A model generated the notes under the pieces. The model worked only from the letters and a program-made list of their open reading frames with translations. It made no database searches and was not told the origin of the DNA. A stretch of 64,000 nt of DNA from Terriglobia bacterium (GTDB taxonomy: Bacteria; Acidobacteriota; Terriglobia; 2-12-FULL-54-10). The position numbers were made by a program, and so were the translations under genes. The stretch spans positions 896,001 to 960,000 of the forward strand of contig CAXVYR010000003.1 in the NCBI GenBank assembly GCA_963666975.2, given 5' to 3'. Numbering within the stretch: the first letter of the stretch is position 1; each line of letters begins with the position of its first letter. This document shows, piece by piece, positions 1-10,969 of the stretch.

Positions 1-37
1 ACCACAAACACAACTAGTAGACCTAAAAGGCCGGACG

Positions 38-1603
38 GTGACCCCCGGTCTGATTGATGTGCACACGCATCCGCAGATGTGGGGTATGTGGCATCATGGG
101 GGAGACATCGACCCACAGTTGGAACCTGTGTATGTGGACGGAGAGACTCCGGAGGAAGTAGCGGCCAACTTTGCACCAGCCGTAAAAGCCCGTATCCAGA
201 AAAATGGAGAGGGGAAATGGGTCTACGCGGTGGTGCCCCATAGAATGCGGGACAAGCTGGTAACTTATCCTATCAGCTATGATTATAAGCCGCGTCCTGT
301 GACTGGGTTAATTACGCGCGATATGATGGACGAAATAGCGCCCAACACGCCGATGGCGGTATTGTCCGGTTGTTGCTGGGCTTTCGGCAATACGAAAGCA
401 ACAGAGATCATGGAAAAGGTGGTGGGCTACGAGCAGGTTGGAGTTCGCGTCACTTATGACACGACTTTTGCTGTCGTACTGGCCGGGCAGACTCGCAAGG
501 CGGCTGACCTTCTCAGACGTGAGATGCAGGAGTTTGTGGAGTACGGTGTCACGACTATTGCTACTCATGGGGAAGTGAACACGGAAGTTTTTAACGCGAT
601 CAATCTGATGGAACGGGAAGGCACACTGCCGCAACGTTTTGCCTGGACCCACGAAAGTGGATTCTTCGGGAAGGATCCAGCAGAGTTCTATCGGTTACTC
701 GGGAACTTTGTAGGGCAGGGTAGCGATCATGTGTGGAACATTGGCGTAGGCTGGGAGGTCTGGGATGCCTTCGGGGATTGCCTTTCTGCGAAACGGAACA
801 ATGAGACCTCCCAACAAGCTCAAGATCGCCTGCAATACAATCCCTGTATACCAGAAGATTCGAAGAGCTATCAGGGACATTTGGCGGCAGCAAAAGCGGG
901 CCTGCGTCTGGCCGAGCTGCACGCTCTGACGGGAGACCTGGGCTATGACAGAGCCATCGCTCTCGCTGATGAGCTAATTGGCTCGGGAACGACTACCCTT
1001 GAGAAACTTCGCGAACCCGGATGGAGCTTCGCTCACAATATGTGGATTCGGCCAGATCAAATTCCCAACTTAGTGAAATACGGTTTTTGGTTGAATTTCC
1101 AACCGTGCCATTTTGCTCGATCCGCCGGGGGGCCCGGATGGTTAGACATTGAGGATCTGTGGGGCCCAGATTATTTGAAGTGGAAGGCTCCTCTTAAGAG
1201 TCTAACCGACGCGGGCGCTCGAGTAGTTTTTTCAACCGATACTCACGTCGGTACGCTACCGGGCAAGGGAGAACAGTATTGGAATGACTTGGCGCAAGGG
1301 TTCCCCTATCGAGATTCCATTTGGCCGTGGGTGGGCTGGTGGGTAACGCGGGAGCTTCACGGAAAGGTATGGGTGCCGGAGGAAAGAATCGACCGGATTA
1401 CGGCGTTGCGAGGCTGGACAAACGGAGGGGCACAGTACCTGCTCCGCTGGGATCGACTTGGATCATTGGAGCCGGGCAAGCTCGCAGACTTCATCGTGCT
1501 GGATAGGGATTACTTCACGATTCCTGAGGCCGAAATTATGAATATTAAGACTCTGATGACTGCTATAGGAGGCCGGATCGCCTACCAAGCTCCGAGCTTC
1601 TGA
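38..1603 (+). CDS. Amidohydrolase family 3 protein (5'-partial, continues upstream of the window)
   Basis: TPGLIDVHTH metal-binding HxH motif; C-terminal GSLEPGKLADFIVLD motif; frame open to the window edge. Confidence 0.85.
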   Translation: MTPGLIDVHTHPQMWGMWHHGGDIDPQLEPVYVDGETPEEVAANFAPAVKARIQKNGEGKWVYAVVPHRMRDKLVTYPISYDYKPRPVTGLITRDMMDEIAPNTPMAVLSGCCWAFGNTKATEIMEKVVGYEQVGVRVTYDTTFAVVLAGQTRKAADLLRREMQEFVEYGVTTIATHGEVNTEVFNAINLMEREGTLPQRFAWTHESGFFGKDPAEFYRLLGNFVGQGSDHVWNIGVGWEVWDAFGDCLSAKRNNETSQQAQDRLQYNPCIPEDSKSYQGHLAAAKAGLRLAELHALTGDLGYDRAIALADELIGSGTTTLEKLREPGWSFAHNMWIRPDQIPNLVKYGFWLNFQPCHFARSAGGPGWLDIEDLWGPDYLKWKAPLKSLTDAGARVVFSTDTHVGTLPGKGEQYWNDLAQGFPYRDSIWPWVGWWVTRELHGKVWVPEERIDRITALRGWTNGGAQYLLRWDRLGSLEPGKLADFIVLDRDYFTIPEAEIMNIKTLMTAIGGRIAYQAPSF

Positions 1604-1691
1604 TCCTCTGACCGAAAGTTAAGTGTTTACGGGGAGGCGATTTGCCATAAAACAATGATAGGGCTTTATGCCAGAACACAACACTTTCGAT

Positions 1692-1822
1692 GGTACTGTC
1701 AAGTTAACGGTTTGAGGCCCATGTGAGCGCTTCATAGCAGTCTCTAAGTTGTTGATTCTTTGTTCCAGAGCAGATCGTTTTGGCCTCGACAACGAGGGAA
1801 TTCCCCTTAACTTGACAATGCC
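1692..1822. mobile_element. MITE copy 1 (~131 bp, IS6-like terminal inverted repeats)
   Basis: Ends ggtactgtcaagttaa ... ttaacttgacaatgcc; close homolog at 6539-6670; no ORF. Confidence 0.75.
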
Positions 1823-1837
1823 CGCGCGCCTTATCCG

Positions 1838-1935
1838 TTGGAAGCCACGGAAGTGGCTGCGGCCGCAATCGGCGCGAAGGTGTATGTGGTCGGCGGCCTG
1901 ATCCGGGCGGGTTCCACTAATCGTTTGTTGGTGCT
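1838..1935 (+). pseudogene. Kelch-repeat protein fragment
   Basis: EVAAAAIGAKVYVVGGL resembles one kelch blade; lies next to the MITE; no full gene. Confidence 0.45.
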
Positions 1936-2322
1936 TCCGCAATCTAGTGTTGTTAGCTCATCACTATCTACAACAAACAAAGCGGCTTGTTCTATATTTA
2001 CCACACTTCAGACCAGCTAAGACCATTTCTGCCAGCAACCTATTGAACATTATGGGGTTATACCGATCCCACCAACAGTCGATTGCGGAAGCACCGGTAA
2101 ATCCGAGGGTTGGGGCTCGGATTACTTTCCTGTCGGCACTCTCCGTTTCAGCTCTTCAAACCAATACTTCGGAAAGGGATACCGATGCGCCTCAACAGGT
2201 CTTGGAAGCGCTGGTCCGAGCGCAGGTTGTCGAATAATGGCTCCATTTTGATGTAAACCATTTCGTTTGCACGGACTTCGTAGGCCTTTTCCAACATGCG
2301 ATGCGAGCGTCTGATCCTTTTC

Positions 2323-3771
2323 GAAGGTGTCCCAAACTCAGTTGCAGGTTGGGACGGCGGGTTGAGTTCATATTACGCCACTTTCTCCTTGTGAGAGGAA
2401 GCAGCGTTTGGACTTCGGCCGAGAATCGATGCCAAAGCCCAGAGATCGTGATAACCCATGATCTTCCGGAAATTCTTCTCGGTCAGCAGAAACGCTCCTG
2501 CCACCCAGCGCAACGTCATCTCGCCGTCGCGCCAGCGGCAAACATTGCCAGTCTTTTTCCGCACGCCCGACTGCGGGCTCTCGATGAGGTTCGTGGTTGC
2601 CAGGCAGCGGTGGAGGCTGGGAGGAACGTCGGCTCGATTGATCGTAAAGGTCTCCTCCAACCCTTCGCGCAAGCTGGCGGCTGCTGCCGGATGATCGCAC
2701 TCGATCATCCCAGCGAGCTTTTTTATGCGCACGATGCCTTCCTCGGCTTGGGGCAATCGCCAGGCGGCGCGCATCAGCGACCGCACCTGATTCGCCAGCA
2801 TTTTGTCGCCCTTTGGTAACCGCTCAGCCACGTTGCGCAGCTTATGAGTACGGCAACGCTGCACCAGCTGATTGCTGCCGAATACTTCCTCGATCCCCGC
2901 GCGGAGCGCTTTGGCGCCGTCGATCACAAACAGATAGCGCTGATCCGTGCGCAAACCTTGCTGGCGCAGGCGGGTGAGAAGGTCTTTCACCGCAGCGGCG
3001 TTTTCGGTCGCGCCCAGTTGAATCCCCAGCACATGCTTGCGGCCCTCGATGTCCACGCCCACGGCGCTGATGACGTGGTGGGAGCCGAACCGCATTCCGT
3101 CCAGGTAAATCACCAGAATCTCGACCTCCTCCCAGCGCCGCGCCAACAGTTCTTCCAGCCGCCGCGCTCCTTGCTCGGCCGCTTCCCGGCTCACCTGAGA
3201 CTTCGACACCCCAGCGCTGTTGGCCATCTCCGGGATCACCTCGCGGTAGTTCCGCGTCGAAACCCCTTTCAACAGTGCCTCGAACATCTCCTCGCCCGTC
3301 TTCTCGCTTTTCCGCAGTGCTTCGTAGGCCGGCACCGCTTCTTCCCCTCCGCCCTTCCGGCGCAGCCGGGGCCGCTCCACCCGCAGCTGGCGATCGGCCA
3401 GTTTCACCCTCCCCAATTGCCGGCCATGCCAGCGCACCTCTCCGCTCGCCTTCCCGGGACTCTTTGGCCCCGCGATTTGCTCTGCGCTCATGCTCAGAAT
3501 CGTTTCAATCAAACCTCGCCCGGCCCGATCAATCACCTCATCCACCGCCAGACGCGCCTCCGTGATCAGATCCACCACCGGCAACAGCATCTGTCCGTTG
3601 GTTTGGCAAAACTTCTGGATGGTTTCTTCGGCTCCCTTGGAACCCAGTTCCAAAACGTGATATTTTCCCTTCATTCGGCGGTTCTCCTTCTATAGGATTT
3701 AGGCTTGGCCCGATTCTATTCGATTCGGGCCGAACCGCCGTTCAACCTTCAACTATGTATGGGACACCCTC
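2323..3771 (-). mobile_element. IS256-family element, 1449 bp, 8-bp target duplication tccttttc
   Basis: Imperfect TIRs gaaggtgtcccaaact / tatgggacaccctc; TSD at 2315-2322 and 3772-3779. Confidence 0.95.
2373..3674 (-). CDS. IS256 (Mutator-type) DDE transposase
   Basis: GVSTRNY, YLDG, VIDGAKAL, QRCRTHK, TTNLIES motifs. Confidence 0.95.
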   Translation of the reverse strand: MKGKYHVLELGSKGAEETIQKFCQTNGQMLLPVVDLITEARLAVDEVIDRAGRGLIETILSMSAEQIAGPKSPGKASGEVRWHGRQLGRVKLADRQLRVERPRLRRKGGGEEAVPAYEALRKSEKTGEEMFEALLKGVSTRNYREVIPEMANSAGVSKSQVSREAAEQGARRLEELLARRWEEVEILVIYLDGMRFGSHHVISAVGVDIEGRKHVLGIQLGATENAAAVKDLLTRLRQQGLRTDQRYLFVIDGAKALRAGIEEVFGSNQLVQRCRTHKLRNVAERLPKGDKMLANQVRSLMRAAWRLPQAEEGIVRIKKLAGMIECDHPAAAASLREGLEETFTINRADVPPSLHRCLATTNLIESPQSGVRKKTGNVCRWRDGEMTLRWVAGAFLLTEKNFRKIMGYHDLWALASILGRSPNAASSHKEKVA

Positions 3772-6264
3772 TCCTTTTCGCCAAGGCCGGCATATACAAC
3801 TGCTATGGAAAATGGGGAAACATACCCTCGCTCTGATAGTTCATTCAACTGATCCAATATTCTCAGTGCGTCGGCTCTCCTGCCAGATTGGGCGTAGGCG
3901 AGTCCAAGAACCGATTTCATTTGAGGGTTTCCTCCAGAAAGAGTACCTCCCTCTTCAAACTCGGCAATGGCTTCTTCATACATTCCCATCTCTGCATGAA
4001 TCAGTCCCAGGTCGAAGTACGCCTGAATAAAGTTTGGGTCCATCTCGAGTGTCTTCCGGATTTGTTCGATCGCTTTGTCTTGCTGACCGGCGGATTTGAG
4101 AAGACGCGCCACACCCGCGTTTATGGTGAGCGAGAGAGGATCCAGTTCGTGGGCTCGCCTAATCTCCGAGAGGGCTTCCTCGGTGCGCCCCATGATCCCT
4201 AGATCCATGGCATACCACTGGTGTGCTGTGGGATAGTTGGGGTTGAGTTCAATGGCGCGCTGGTATTCTTTTTCGGCTTCCGGCCAGTTCCAGTCAAAAC
4301 GGAATGTGATGAAGGCCAGCGAGGCGTGAGCTTCGGCGAGCGTGTCATCGATTTCCAGCGCCTTCCTCGTAGCGGCTTTGGCTTTCGCCATCACATCCTT
4401 CGTCGCCGCTCCGGCATATCCAACCGACCCCAGCAAGGCATAGCAATCGGCCAGCCCGGCGTAGGCCAGAGCGTAGGTCGGGTCCTTGGCTATGGCCTGC
4501 TGGAAATACTCCAAACCTTTCCGAAACCCGTCCTCCGACCTCTTGTTCCAGTGGTAGCGGCCTCGCAGATAGGCTTGATAAGCCTCCGGATCGACCGAGC
4601 GCGGGCTGGCGAGGCGCGCCTGTTCCTGCGGCGTCAGTTTTACTTTGATCTCCCGGGCAATGGCCCCCGCAACCTCGCTCTGCAACGTTAAGACATCTCG
4701 CAAATCGCGTTCGTAGCTCTCGGCCCACAGGTGCTGATCCGTTGCTGTGTCGATCAACTGTGCCGTGATCCGCACCCTCTCCCCAGAGCGCAGAACCGAT
4801 CCCTCCACCACCGAGTCCACATTTAATTCCCGGGCAATCTGTGACAGGGGCTTGTCGGTCTTGATGTAGCGCATCACTGAAGTTCGGGAAATAACCCGGA
4901 GCGCCCCGATCTTAGCCAGATCAGTGGTCAGAGCCTCGGTCATGCCTTGGACGAAATATTCCTGATCGGGGTCACCGGAGAAGTTCGTGAACGGAAATAC
5001 CGCGACGGAACGGATCGGCACACGTGCCATAGTCGCCTCGGCTTGTTTTGCTCCCCCCTTGGCACCGGGACTAGGTTTAAGGGGCACATGCCATTCCAGA
5101 GTCTTGCTCTCGCCACGGTCTCGTTCACCCGGCGCCTTCGGTGGATGATGGACCCGCCACCATTCCTCAGCACGTTTCTCGGTCCAGAGTTCGCCAACCG
5201 AGCACTCGGCAAGTTGGCGAGACAGCGCCTCCACGCTCTGCGGCCGCTTGGCGGGGTCCTTTTCCAGGCAGGCCATGACGATCTGGTCGAGTTCGGTTGG
5301 GATTTCCAATTCGGATCGGGTTGAAGGCGGTGCAGGCGACTGCTCGAGATGGGCCGCCATGATCTGCATCGGCGTCTCCCCTTCAAAAACGAGTTGCCCG
5401 GTGAGAATCCAGTAGGCGACGCACCCTAACGAGTAGATGTCAACTCTCTCGTCAATCGTGGAGCTGCCTCTGATCATTTCCGGAGCCATGAAGGCGGGTG
5501 AACCGGCGACGACACCTTCGACGGTCAAACGCGAACCCTTCCAATCCGATCCCGGTGTGTGCTGGACGAGCCCGAAGTCGAGCACCTTGACGAAGTCGTA
5601 CTTCAAGCCAACCTCGGTGAGAAAAATGTTGGCTGGTTTTATATCTCGATGAATGAGCTCGCTGCGGTGGGCCTCGGCAAGAGATTCGCAGACCTGACGC
5701 AGGATATAAATCACCCGGGCGGCTGGAAGGGGCCCGTGCTGCTCGACCAGCGAGTTGAGATCGCGTCCCTCGAGCAGTTCCATGGCGTAGTAAAAGGTAC
5801 CGTCCTCGGTGGTGCCAAAGTCATATACCTGGATGGTGTGGGGCGACCGCAAGGCAGAGGTCACCTTTGCTTCGCGCTCGAAGCGACGCAGTAGGGTATT
5901 AGCTTGCTCACCTACCCCAGGCCTCAAGGACTCAGGGCGGATTAGCATGATGGCAGCCTGGCGATCAAGCATCAAGTGTCTGGCTCGCCAAACCTGACCC
6001 ATGCCACCCGAACCTAATGGACTGAGTATCTCGTAAGAGCCAAGCTGAGTACCCGAGGAAACCTCCACGTTTACCCCTGTCTGATTTGAAGTGTTGGCGA
6101 GAGTTTACACGAGGTGGGAGGGGAAAGCAATTGGGGGAGGGGGTTTCCTGGGTCTGAAGCCTGCGCCTGTCTATGATTCCAGTTTCACAGCCCCAGGATA
6201 TAATGTAACTTTCTCAGTCACGCTAGTACAAAAAAATTGGTCTGGTCATTACTATAACTAAACG

Positions 6265-6441
6265 GTGGAACATTTCTTTACCTGTCCGTACTGCGGAGAA
6301 ACCATCTCAATGGTGCTGGACACCTCCGTGCGAGGGCAAACCTACGTCGAAGATTGCGAGGTTTGCTGCCAGCCTATCGAGATTCGGTACGCCGTTAGTC
6401 AAGGTGAGGTGGTTCACTTTGCGGCTCGGGTTCTCGGATGA
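6265..6441 (+). CDS. CPXCG-motif cysteine-rich small protein (58 aa, below the ORF track cutoff)
   Basis: Own translation: MEHFFTCPYCGETISMVLDTSVRGQTYVEDCEVCCQPIEIRY... Confidence 0.8.
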   Translation: MEHFFTCPYCGETISMVLDTSVRGQTYVEDCEVCCQPIEIRYAVSQGEVVHFAARVLG

Positions 6442-6538
6442 CGGATGGTCAATCGGGAAGTCTGTGAACTTACGCCTTTGCTGCTGCTGCGGTGCTTTTG
6501 CAACCGACTGTTGGTGGGACCAGCTTAACCCTATAATC

Positions 6539-6670
6539 GGTACTGTCAAGTTAACGGTTTGAGCCCCTTAGGAGCGCTTCATAACAGTCTCTAAGTTGTT
6601 GATTCTTTGTTCCAGAGCAGACCGTTTTTGCCTCGACTAAGGGGGAATCACCCCTTAACTTGACAATACC
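6539..6670. mobile_element. MITE copy 2 (~132 bp), truncates the recombinase
   Basis: TIRs ggtactgtcaagttaa / ttaacttgacaatacc (15 of 16 match); supplies the stop codon of the recombinase ORF. Confidence 0.75.
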
Positions 6671-7092
6671 CCCAGGACGGTAAACACCATCTTGCCGGTA
6701 GGGGTTGAGGTGTCTACCTGTTCCGATAGGGAAACGAATTCAATACCCAAAACGCGGAACGTTTCCAGCGCACGCAACAAGTGAGAAACCGAACGGGCAA
6801 AGCGATCAAACCGCCACACCACCACGGCGTCCAATCGTCGGCGGTGGGCATCTGCTAAAAGGCGGTCCAATTCCGGTCGCTTTTCTTTTGTACCGGAGAT
6901 CCCCACATCCACATACTCCTTCGCGATTCCCCAGCCCCGACGTTGACAATACTCCCGCAATTCCCGCAGTTGCATCTCGGGATCTTGGCCGTTTGTAGTA
7001 CTGACTCTGGAATACAAAGCCGCTCGAATGGTCTCGCGGGGCTTTTGATCTTGAGCTGAGAAATTTCTGGTATTAACTTTTCTTCCAGCCAT
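6655..7092 (-). pseudogene. Serine recombinase (resolvase/invertase) catalytic domain, C-terminally truncated
   Basis: ALYSRVST, YVDVGISG, RPELDRL, VWRFDRFARS, DTSTPTGKMVFTVLG, then runs into the MITE. Confidence 0.85.
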
Positions 7093-7371
7093 CTTGACCT
7101 CCTTGTTAGGTCGCGTTGGTTAGGGGCGCGTTCGGTGTTAGCGCACCGGCGTGCCCCGTTTTCCATCACTGATTCGTCTTCTTTTTCCGACCCCGTCCTC
7201 AGCAGTAAATGCCTTTTTCACCTCACGGAGCCGGACCAAGTCGTGCTCGTTCCAAAGCCTCGCGGCACCACCACCACCCGCGTACCCGCTACGTACCCCG
7301 GTTCGGCGTTTTTGGCGTTTTTAGCGTATCTGTCGTTATGTAGAATCAGTAAGTTACGCCCTCTCAAAGAG

Positions 7372-7404
7372 GGACGGGGGTTTCGACTCCCCCCGCCTCC
7401 ACCA
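7372..7404 (+). repeat. tmRNA (ssrA) 3'-end fragment, att-site scar 1
   Basis: ggacgggggtttcgactccccccgcctccacca resembles the T-arm plus acceptor end CTCCACCA typical of tmRNA; no 5' half seen. Confidence 0.7.
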
Positions 7405-7457
7405 CGTGCCAGCACAAGGTTCTTGTGGGGCGCGCTTTCTTACTATAGACTTCCACT

Positions 7458-7661
7458 GTGGATGAGATTCTGTTTGAGGTTACCCAAGAAGCCGATGGCG
7501 ATTTTTCCGCCGAGTGCCTGACCGAAAGTATTTTTACACAAGGCAACTCGTGGGAAAAACTCCGGACCAACGTCAAGGAAGCCGTAGTTGCTTACTACTT
7601 CGACCGGCCGATCCCCTCCCGGATTCGCTTACGCCTTGTCCGCGATGAAGTCCTGGCTTAG
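7458..7661 (+). CDS. hicB: HicB-like antitoxin
   Basis: IFTQGNSWEKLRTNVKEAV motif; directly upstream of a HicA-like gene. Confidence 0.7.
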   Translation: MDEILFEVTQEADGDFSAECLTESIFTQGNSWEKLRTNVKEAVVAYYFDRPIPSRIRLRLVRDEVLA

Positions 7662-7663
7662 CA

Positions 7664-7905
7664 ATGAAGCTGCCCGGGATCTGAGCGGCAGAGAGTTCAT
7701 CCGAGTATTGTGCCGGGATTGGGATTACAAGGTGATCCATCAGGAAGGCAGCCACGTAACCCTGCAAACAGAGACACCGGCCCTTCATCGCATAGTCGTA
7801 CCGCAGCATAGAACGCTTCGAATCGGCACGCTGGCAGCCATCCTCCGATCAGTGGCAAATCACAAAGAAGTCAGTCGAAACGACGTGCTGCGATCCATCC
7901 ATTGA
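7664..7905 (+). pseudogene. hicA: HicA-family toxin with a 1-nt deletion near the start
   Basis: atg aag ctg ccc (c)gg gat ctg would give MKLPRDLSG; HQEGSHV and VPQHRTLRIGTL motifs. Confidence 0.75.
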
Positions 7906-7951
7906 GATCCCCAATTCGATGACTCATGGATGGGAATAATCTCTGACAGGA

Positions 7952-7983
7952 GGACAGGGGGTCGACTCCCCCCGCCTCCACCA
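7952..7983 (+). repeat. tmRNA 3'-end fragment, att-site scar 2
   Basis: ggacagggggtcgactccccccgcctccacca, direct repeat of 7372-7404. Confidence 0.7.
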
Positions 7984-9520
7984 AACCCAAAACACGGCGG
8001 TCCTCGCATAGCTGCTCACAATATTGCAATGTTACGAGGAAATTCGTCCCTTTTCCAAAAAGCTTCAAACGTCAGCCAAGTCCACCAGACTAATTAAAGT
8101 TTGCCCGGCGCCCGCCTTGGGTTTCCCATCCGCCGTAACGACCTTCAAACTGCCGTCGCCGGTAATCACAAGCAGGGGGGTCGCGCTGTTCCTTGACGCG
8201 CCTGAAACGCCTCGTAGTCGAATTTCTCCGTCAGGCTGGTCTTTTTAATCGTTGCGCCCTGGGCAAATCTGCTGGACAGAAAAGCATAGGTGATTGCGGG
8301 ACCGAACAAATAGCGTCCGTTCAAATGCTGGAGCGCGACCAGCTTTCTTCCTTTCTCGCCGTCTTCCGGAGAGAGTTGATACACTTCCTGGCGGCCAAAC
8401 ACATCGCAGAAATGCACTGCGGCCAAGGAATTGGCCTCATCGTTCGAAGTCAAAGCGAGCAGGCGGCCAATGCCGTAAAGACTCATCTCGTCCAGAACAT
8501 GCTTGGAAAGGATGCCGCCAAAATGAGATGGCAGTCCAGCCAAGCGTGAAGCGGAAATGTTTTGCCAGTTGCTATCCACCAGCACCACCTGGAAGCCCTC
8601 CGCTTGAAGAGCAAGGGCCAACTCGCGCGCCCAGCCATGCGCGCCCGCTATGAGGACGCCTTGCGGGTGCGGTTCAGCCAGCTTGAGGCGCCGGGCGAGG
8701 GGAAACGCAGTGAGCCCATAAATTGCGACAGTAGCAATGATCACGAGAAAAGTCAGTGGCACCAGCCGGTCGGCTTGCGCATAGCCGGCCGCAGCCAATC
8801 GCGAGGCAAAAACCGAGGACACCGCCGCGGCCACAATTTCGCGAGGAGCCATCCATGCAAGAAAGAGTCGTTCTTTCCGGTTCAATTGCGATCCCAGACT
8901 GGAAAGCAATACTCCAGCGGGCCGTGCCACGAACATGAGAATCGCGAGCAGCCAAAAACCGCCCATATCCATTTGCGCTAGATCACTCACATCCAAGCGC
9001 GCCGCCAGCAAGATAAAAAGACTGGAGATAATCAGGACTCGAAGGTCCTCCTTAAACTCAATGATGTGTTTGACGGGGCAAAATCTCTGGTTGGCAATCG
9101 CAATTCCCATTACGGTGGTGGCCAGGAAACCTGATTCTTCTTGCAGCAGATTGGAAACGCTATAGACACTGACGACCATCATCAAAGAGAAGGCATTCTG
9201 GAGAAAATCGGGGACCCAATAAAATTTCAACAACAAGACCATCAGGCCGCCGCCCAGCACGCCAACCACGCAGCCGAGCAGCACGGAGGAAAAAAAACGA
9301 ATCACGGTTTGATCGGCACTCTCCCGGAAGCCTCCCTCTAAAATCGCCTCATACACCAAGACCGCCAGCAGCGCCCCGATCGGGTCGCCTAAAATTCCTT
9401 CCCACTTTAGGACCTCGCCCACCTGACCCGCCGGCCGCACGTGCCGTAACAAAGGAGCAATCACAGTGGGGCCCGTGACAACCAAAATTGACCCCAACAA
9501 TACGGCCAATGGGAAATCCA

Positions 9521-10969
9521 GAGGGTGTCCCATACATAGTTGAAGGTTGAACGGCGGTTCGGCCCGAATCGAATAGAATCGGGCCAAGCCTAAATCCTAT
9601 AGAAGGAGAACCGCCGAATGAAGGGAAAATATCACGTTTTGGAACTGGGTTCCAAGGGAGCCGAAGAAACCATCCAGAAGTTTTGCCAAACCAACGGACA
9701 GATGCTGTTGCCGGTGGTGGATCTGATCACGGAGGCGCGTCTGGCGGTGGATGAGGTGATTGATCGGGCCGGGCGAGGTTTGATTGAAACGATTCTGAGC
9801 ATGAGCGCAGAGCAAATCGCGGGGCCAAAGAGTCCCGGGAAGGCGAGCGGAGAGGTGCGCTGGCATGGCCGGCAATTGGGGAGGGTGAAACTGGCCGATC
9901 GCCAGCTGCGGGTGGAGCGGCCCCGGCTGCGCCGGAAGGGCGGAGGGGAAGAAGCGGTGCCGGCCTACGAAGCACTGCGGAAAAGCGAGAAGACGGGCGA
10001 GGAGATGTTCGAGGCACTGTTGAAAGGGGTTTCGACGCGGAACTACCGCGAGGTGATCCCGGAGATGGCCAACAGCGCTGGGGTGTCGAAGTCTCAGGTG
10101 AGCCGGGAAGCGGCCGAGCAAGGAGCGCGGCGGCTGGAAGAACTGTTGGCGCGGCGCTGGGAGGAGGTCGAGATTCTGGTGATTTACCTGGACGGAATGC
10201 GGTTCGGCTCCCACCACGTCATCAGCGCCGTGGGCGTGGACATCGAGGGCCGCAAGCATGTGCTGGGGATTCAACTGGGCGCGACCGAAAACGCCGCTGC
10301 GGTGAAAGACCTTCTCACCCGCCTGCGCCAGCAAGGTTTGCGCACGGATCAGCGCTATCTGTTTGTGATCGACGGCGCCAAAGCGCTCCGCGCGGGGATC
10401 GAGGAAGTATTCGGCAGCAATCAGCTGGTGCAGCGTTGCCGTACTCATAAGCTGCGCAACGTGGCTGAGCGGTTACCAAAGGGCGACAAAATGCTGGCGA
10501 ATCAGGTGCGGTCGCTGATGCGCGCCGCCTGGCGATTGCCCCAAGCCGAGGAAGGCATCGTGCGCATAAAAAAGCTCGCTGGGATGATCGAGTGCGATCA
10601 TCCGGCAGCAGCCGCCAGCTTGCGCGAAGGGTTGGAGGAGACCTTTACGATCAATCGAGCCGACGTTCCTCCCAGCCTCCACCGCTGCCTGGCAACCACG
10701 AACCTCATCGAGAGCCCGCAGTCGGGCGTGCGGAAAAAGACTGGCAATGTTTGCCGCTGGCGCGACGGCGAGATGACGTTGCGCTGGGTGGCAGGAGCGT
10801 TTCTGCTGACCGAGAAGAATTTCCGGAAGATCATGGGTTATCACGATCTCTGGGCTTTGGCATCGATTCTCGGCCGAAGTCCAAACGCTGCTTCCTCTCA
10901 CAAGGAGGAAGTGGCGTAATATGAACTCAACCCGCCGTCCCAACCTGCAACTGAGTTTGGGACACCTTC
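9521..10969 (+). mobile_element. IS256-family element, 1449 bp, 8-bp TSD gaaatcca
   Basis: Nearly identical to 2323-3771, inverted; TSD at 9513-9520 and 10970-10977. Confidence 0.95.
9618..10919 (+). CDS. IS256 transposase
   Basis: Identical to copy 1 except K/E near the C-terminus. Confidence 0.95.
   Translation: MKGKYHVLELGSKGAEETIQKFCQTNGQMLLPVVDLITEARLAVDEVIDRAGRGLIETILSMSAEQIAGPKSPGKASGEVRWHGRQLGRVKLADRQLRVERPRLRRKGGGEEAVPAYEALRKSEKTGEEMFEALLKGVSTRNYREVIPEMANSAGVSKSQVSREAAEQGARRLEELLARRWEEVEILVIYLDGMRFGSHHVISAVGVDIEGRKHVLGIQLGATENAAAVKDLLTRLRQQGLRTDQRYLFVIDGAKALRAGIEEVFGSNQLVQRCRTHKLRNVAERLPKGDKMLANQVRSLMRAAWRLPQAEEGIVRIKKLAGMIECDHPAAAASLREGLEETFTINRADVPPSLHRCLATTNLIESPQSGVRKKTGNVCRWRDGEMTLRWVAGAFLLTEKNFRKIMGYHDLWALASILGRSPNAASSHKEEVA

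Larger units (their letters stand above)
2148..6068 (-). pseudogene. Ser/Thr kinase with TolB-like and TPR domains, split by IS256
   Basis: GSGGMGQV, HRDIKPAN, DFG, APE motifs; SVAVFPF TolB-like domain; TPRs; the C-terminus LEKAYEV...[18 protein letters not shown] resumes below 2322 after the IS with a +1 frameshift; catalytic Lys appears as Met (AAIMLI). Confidence 0.85.

Noticed and set aside
6655-7092. Serine recombinase as the integrase of the virion cluster
   Set aside because: It is truncated, 16 kb away, separated by housekeeping genes and tied to the tmRNA scars.
7372-7983. Complete tRNA or tmRNA genes
   Set aside because: Only T-arm and acceptor 3' halves are present.
2323-10969. 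Composite transposon formed by the two inverted IS256 copies
   Set aside because: Each copy has its own distinct 8-bp TSD and splits a different gene, so they are independent insertions.
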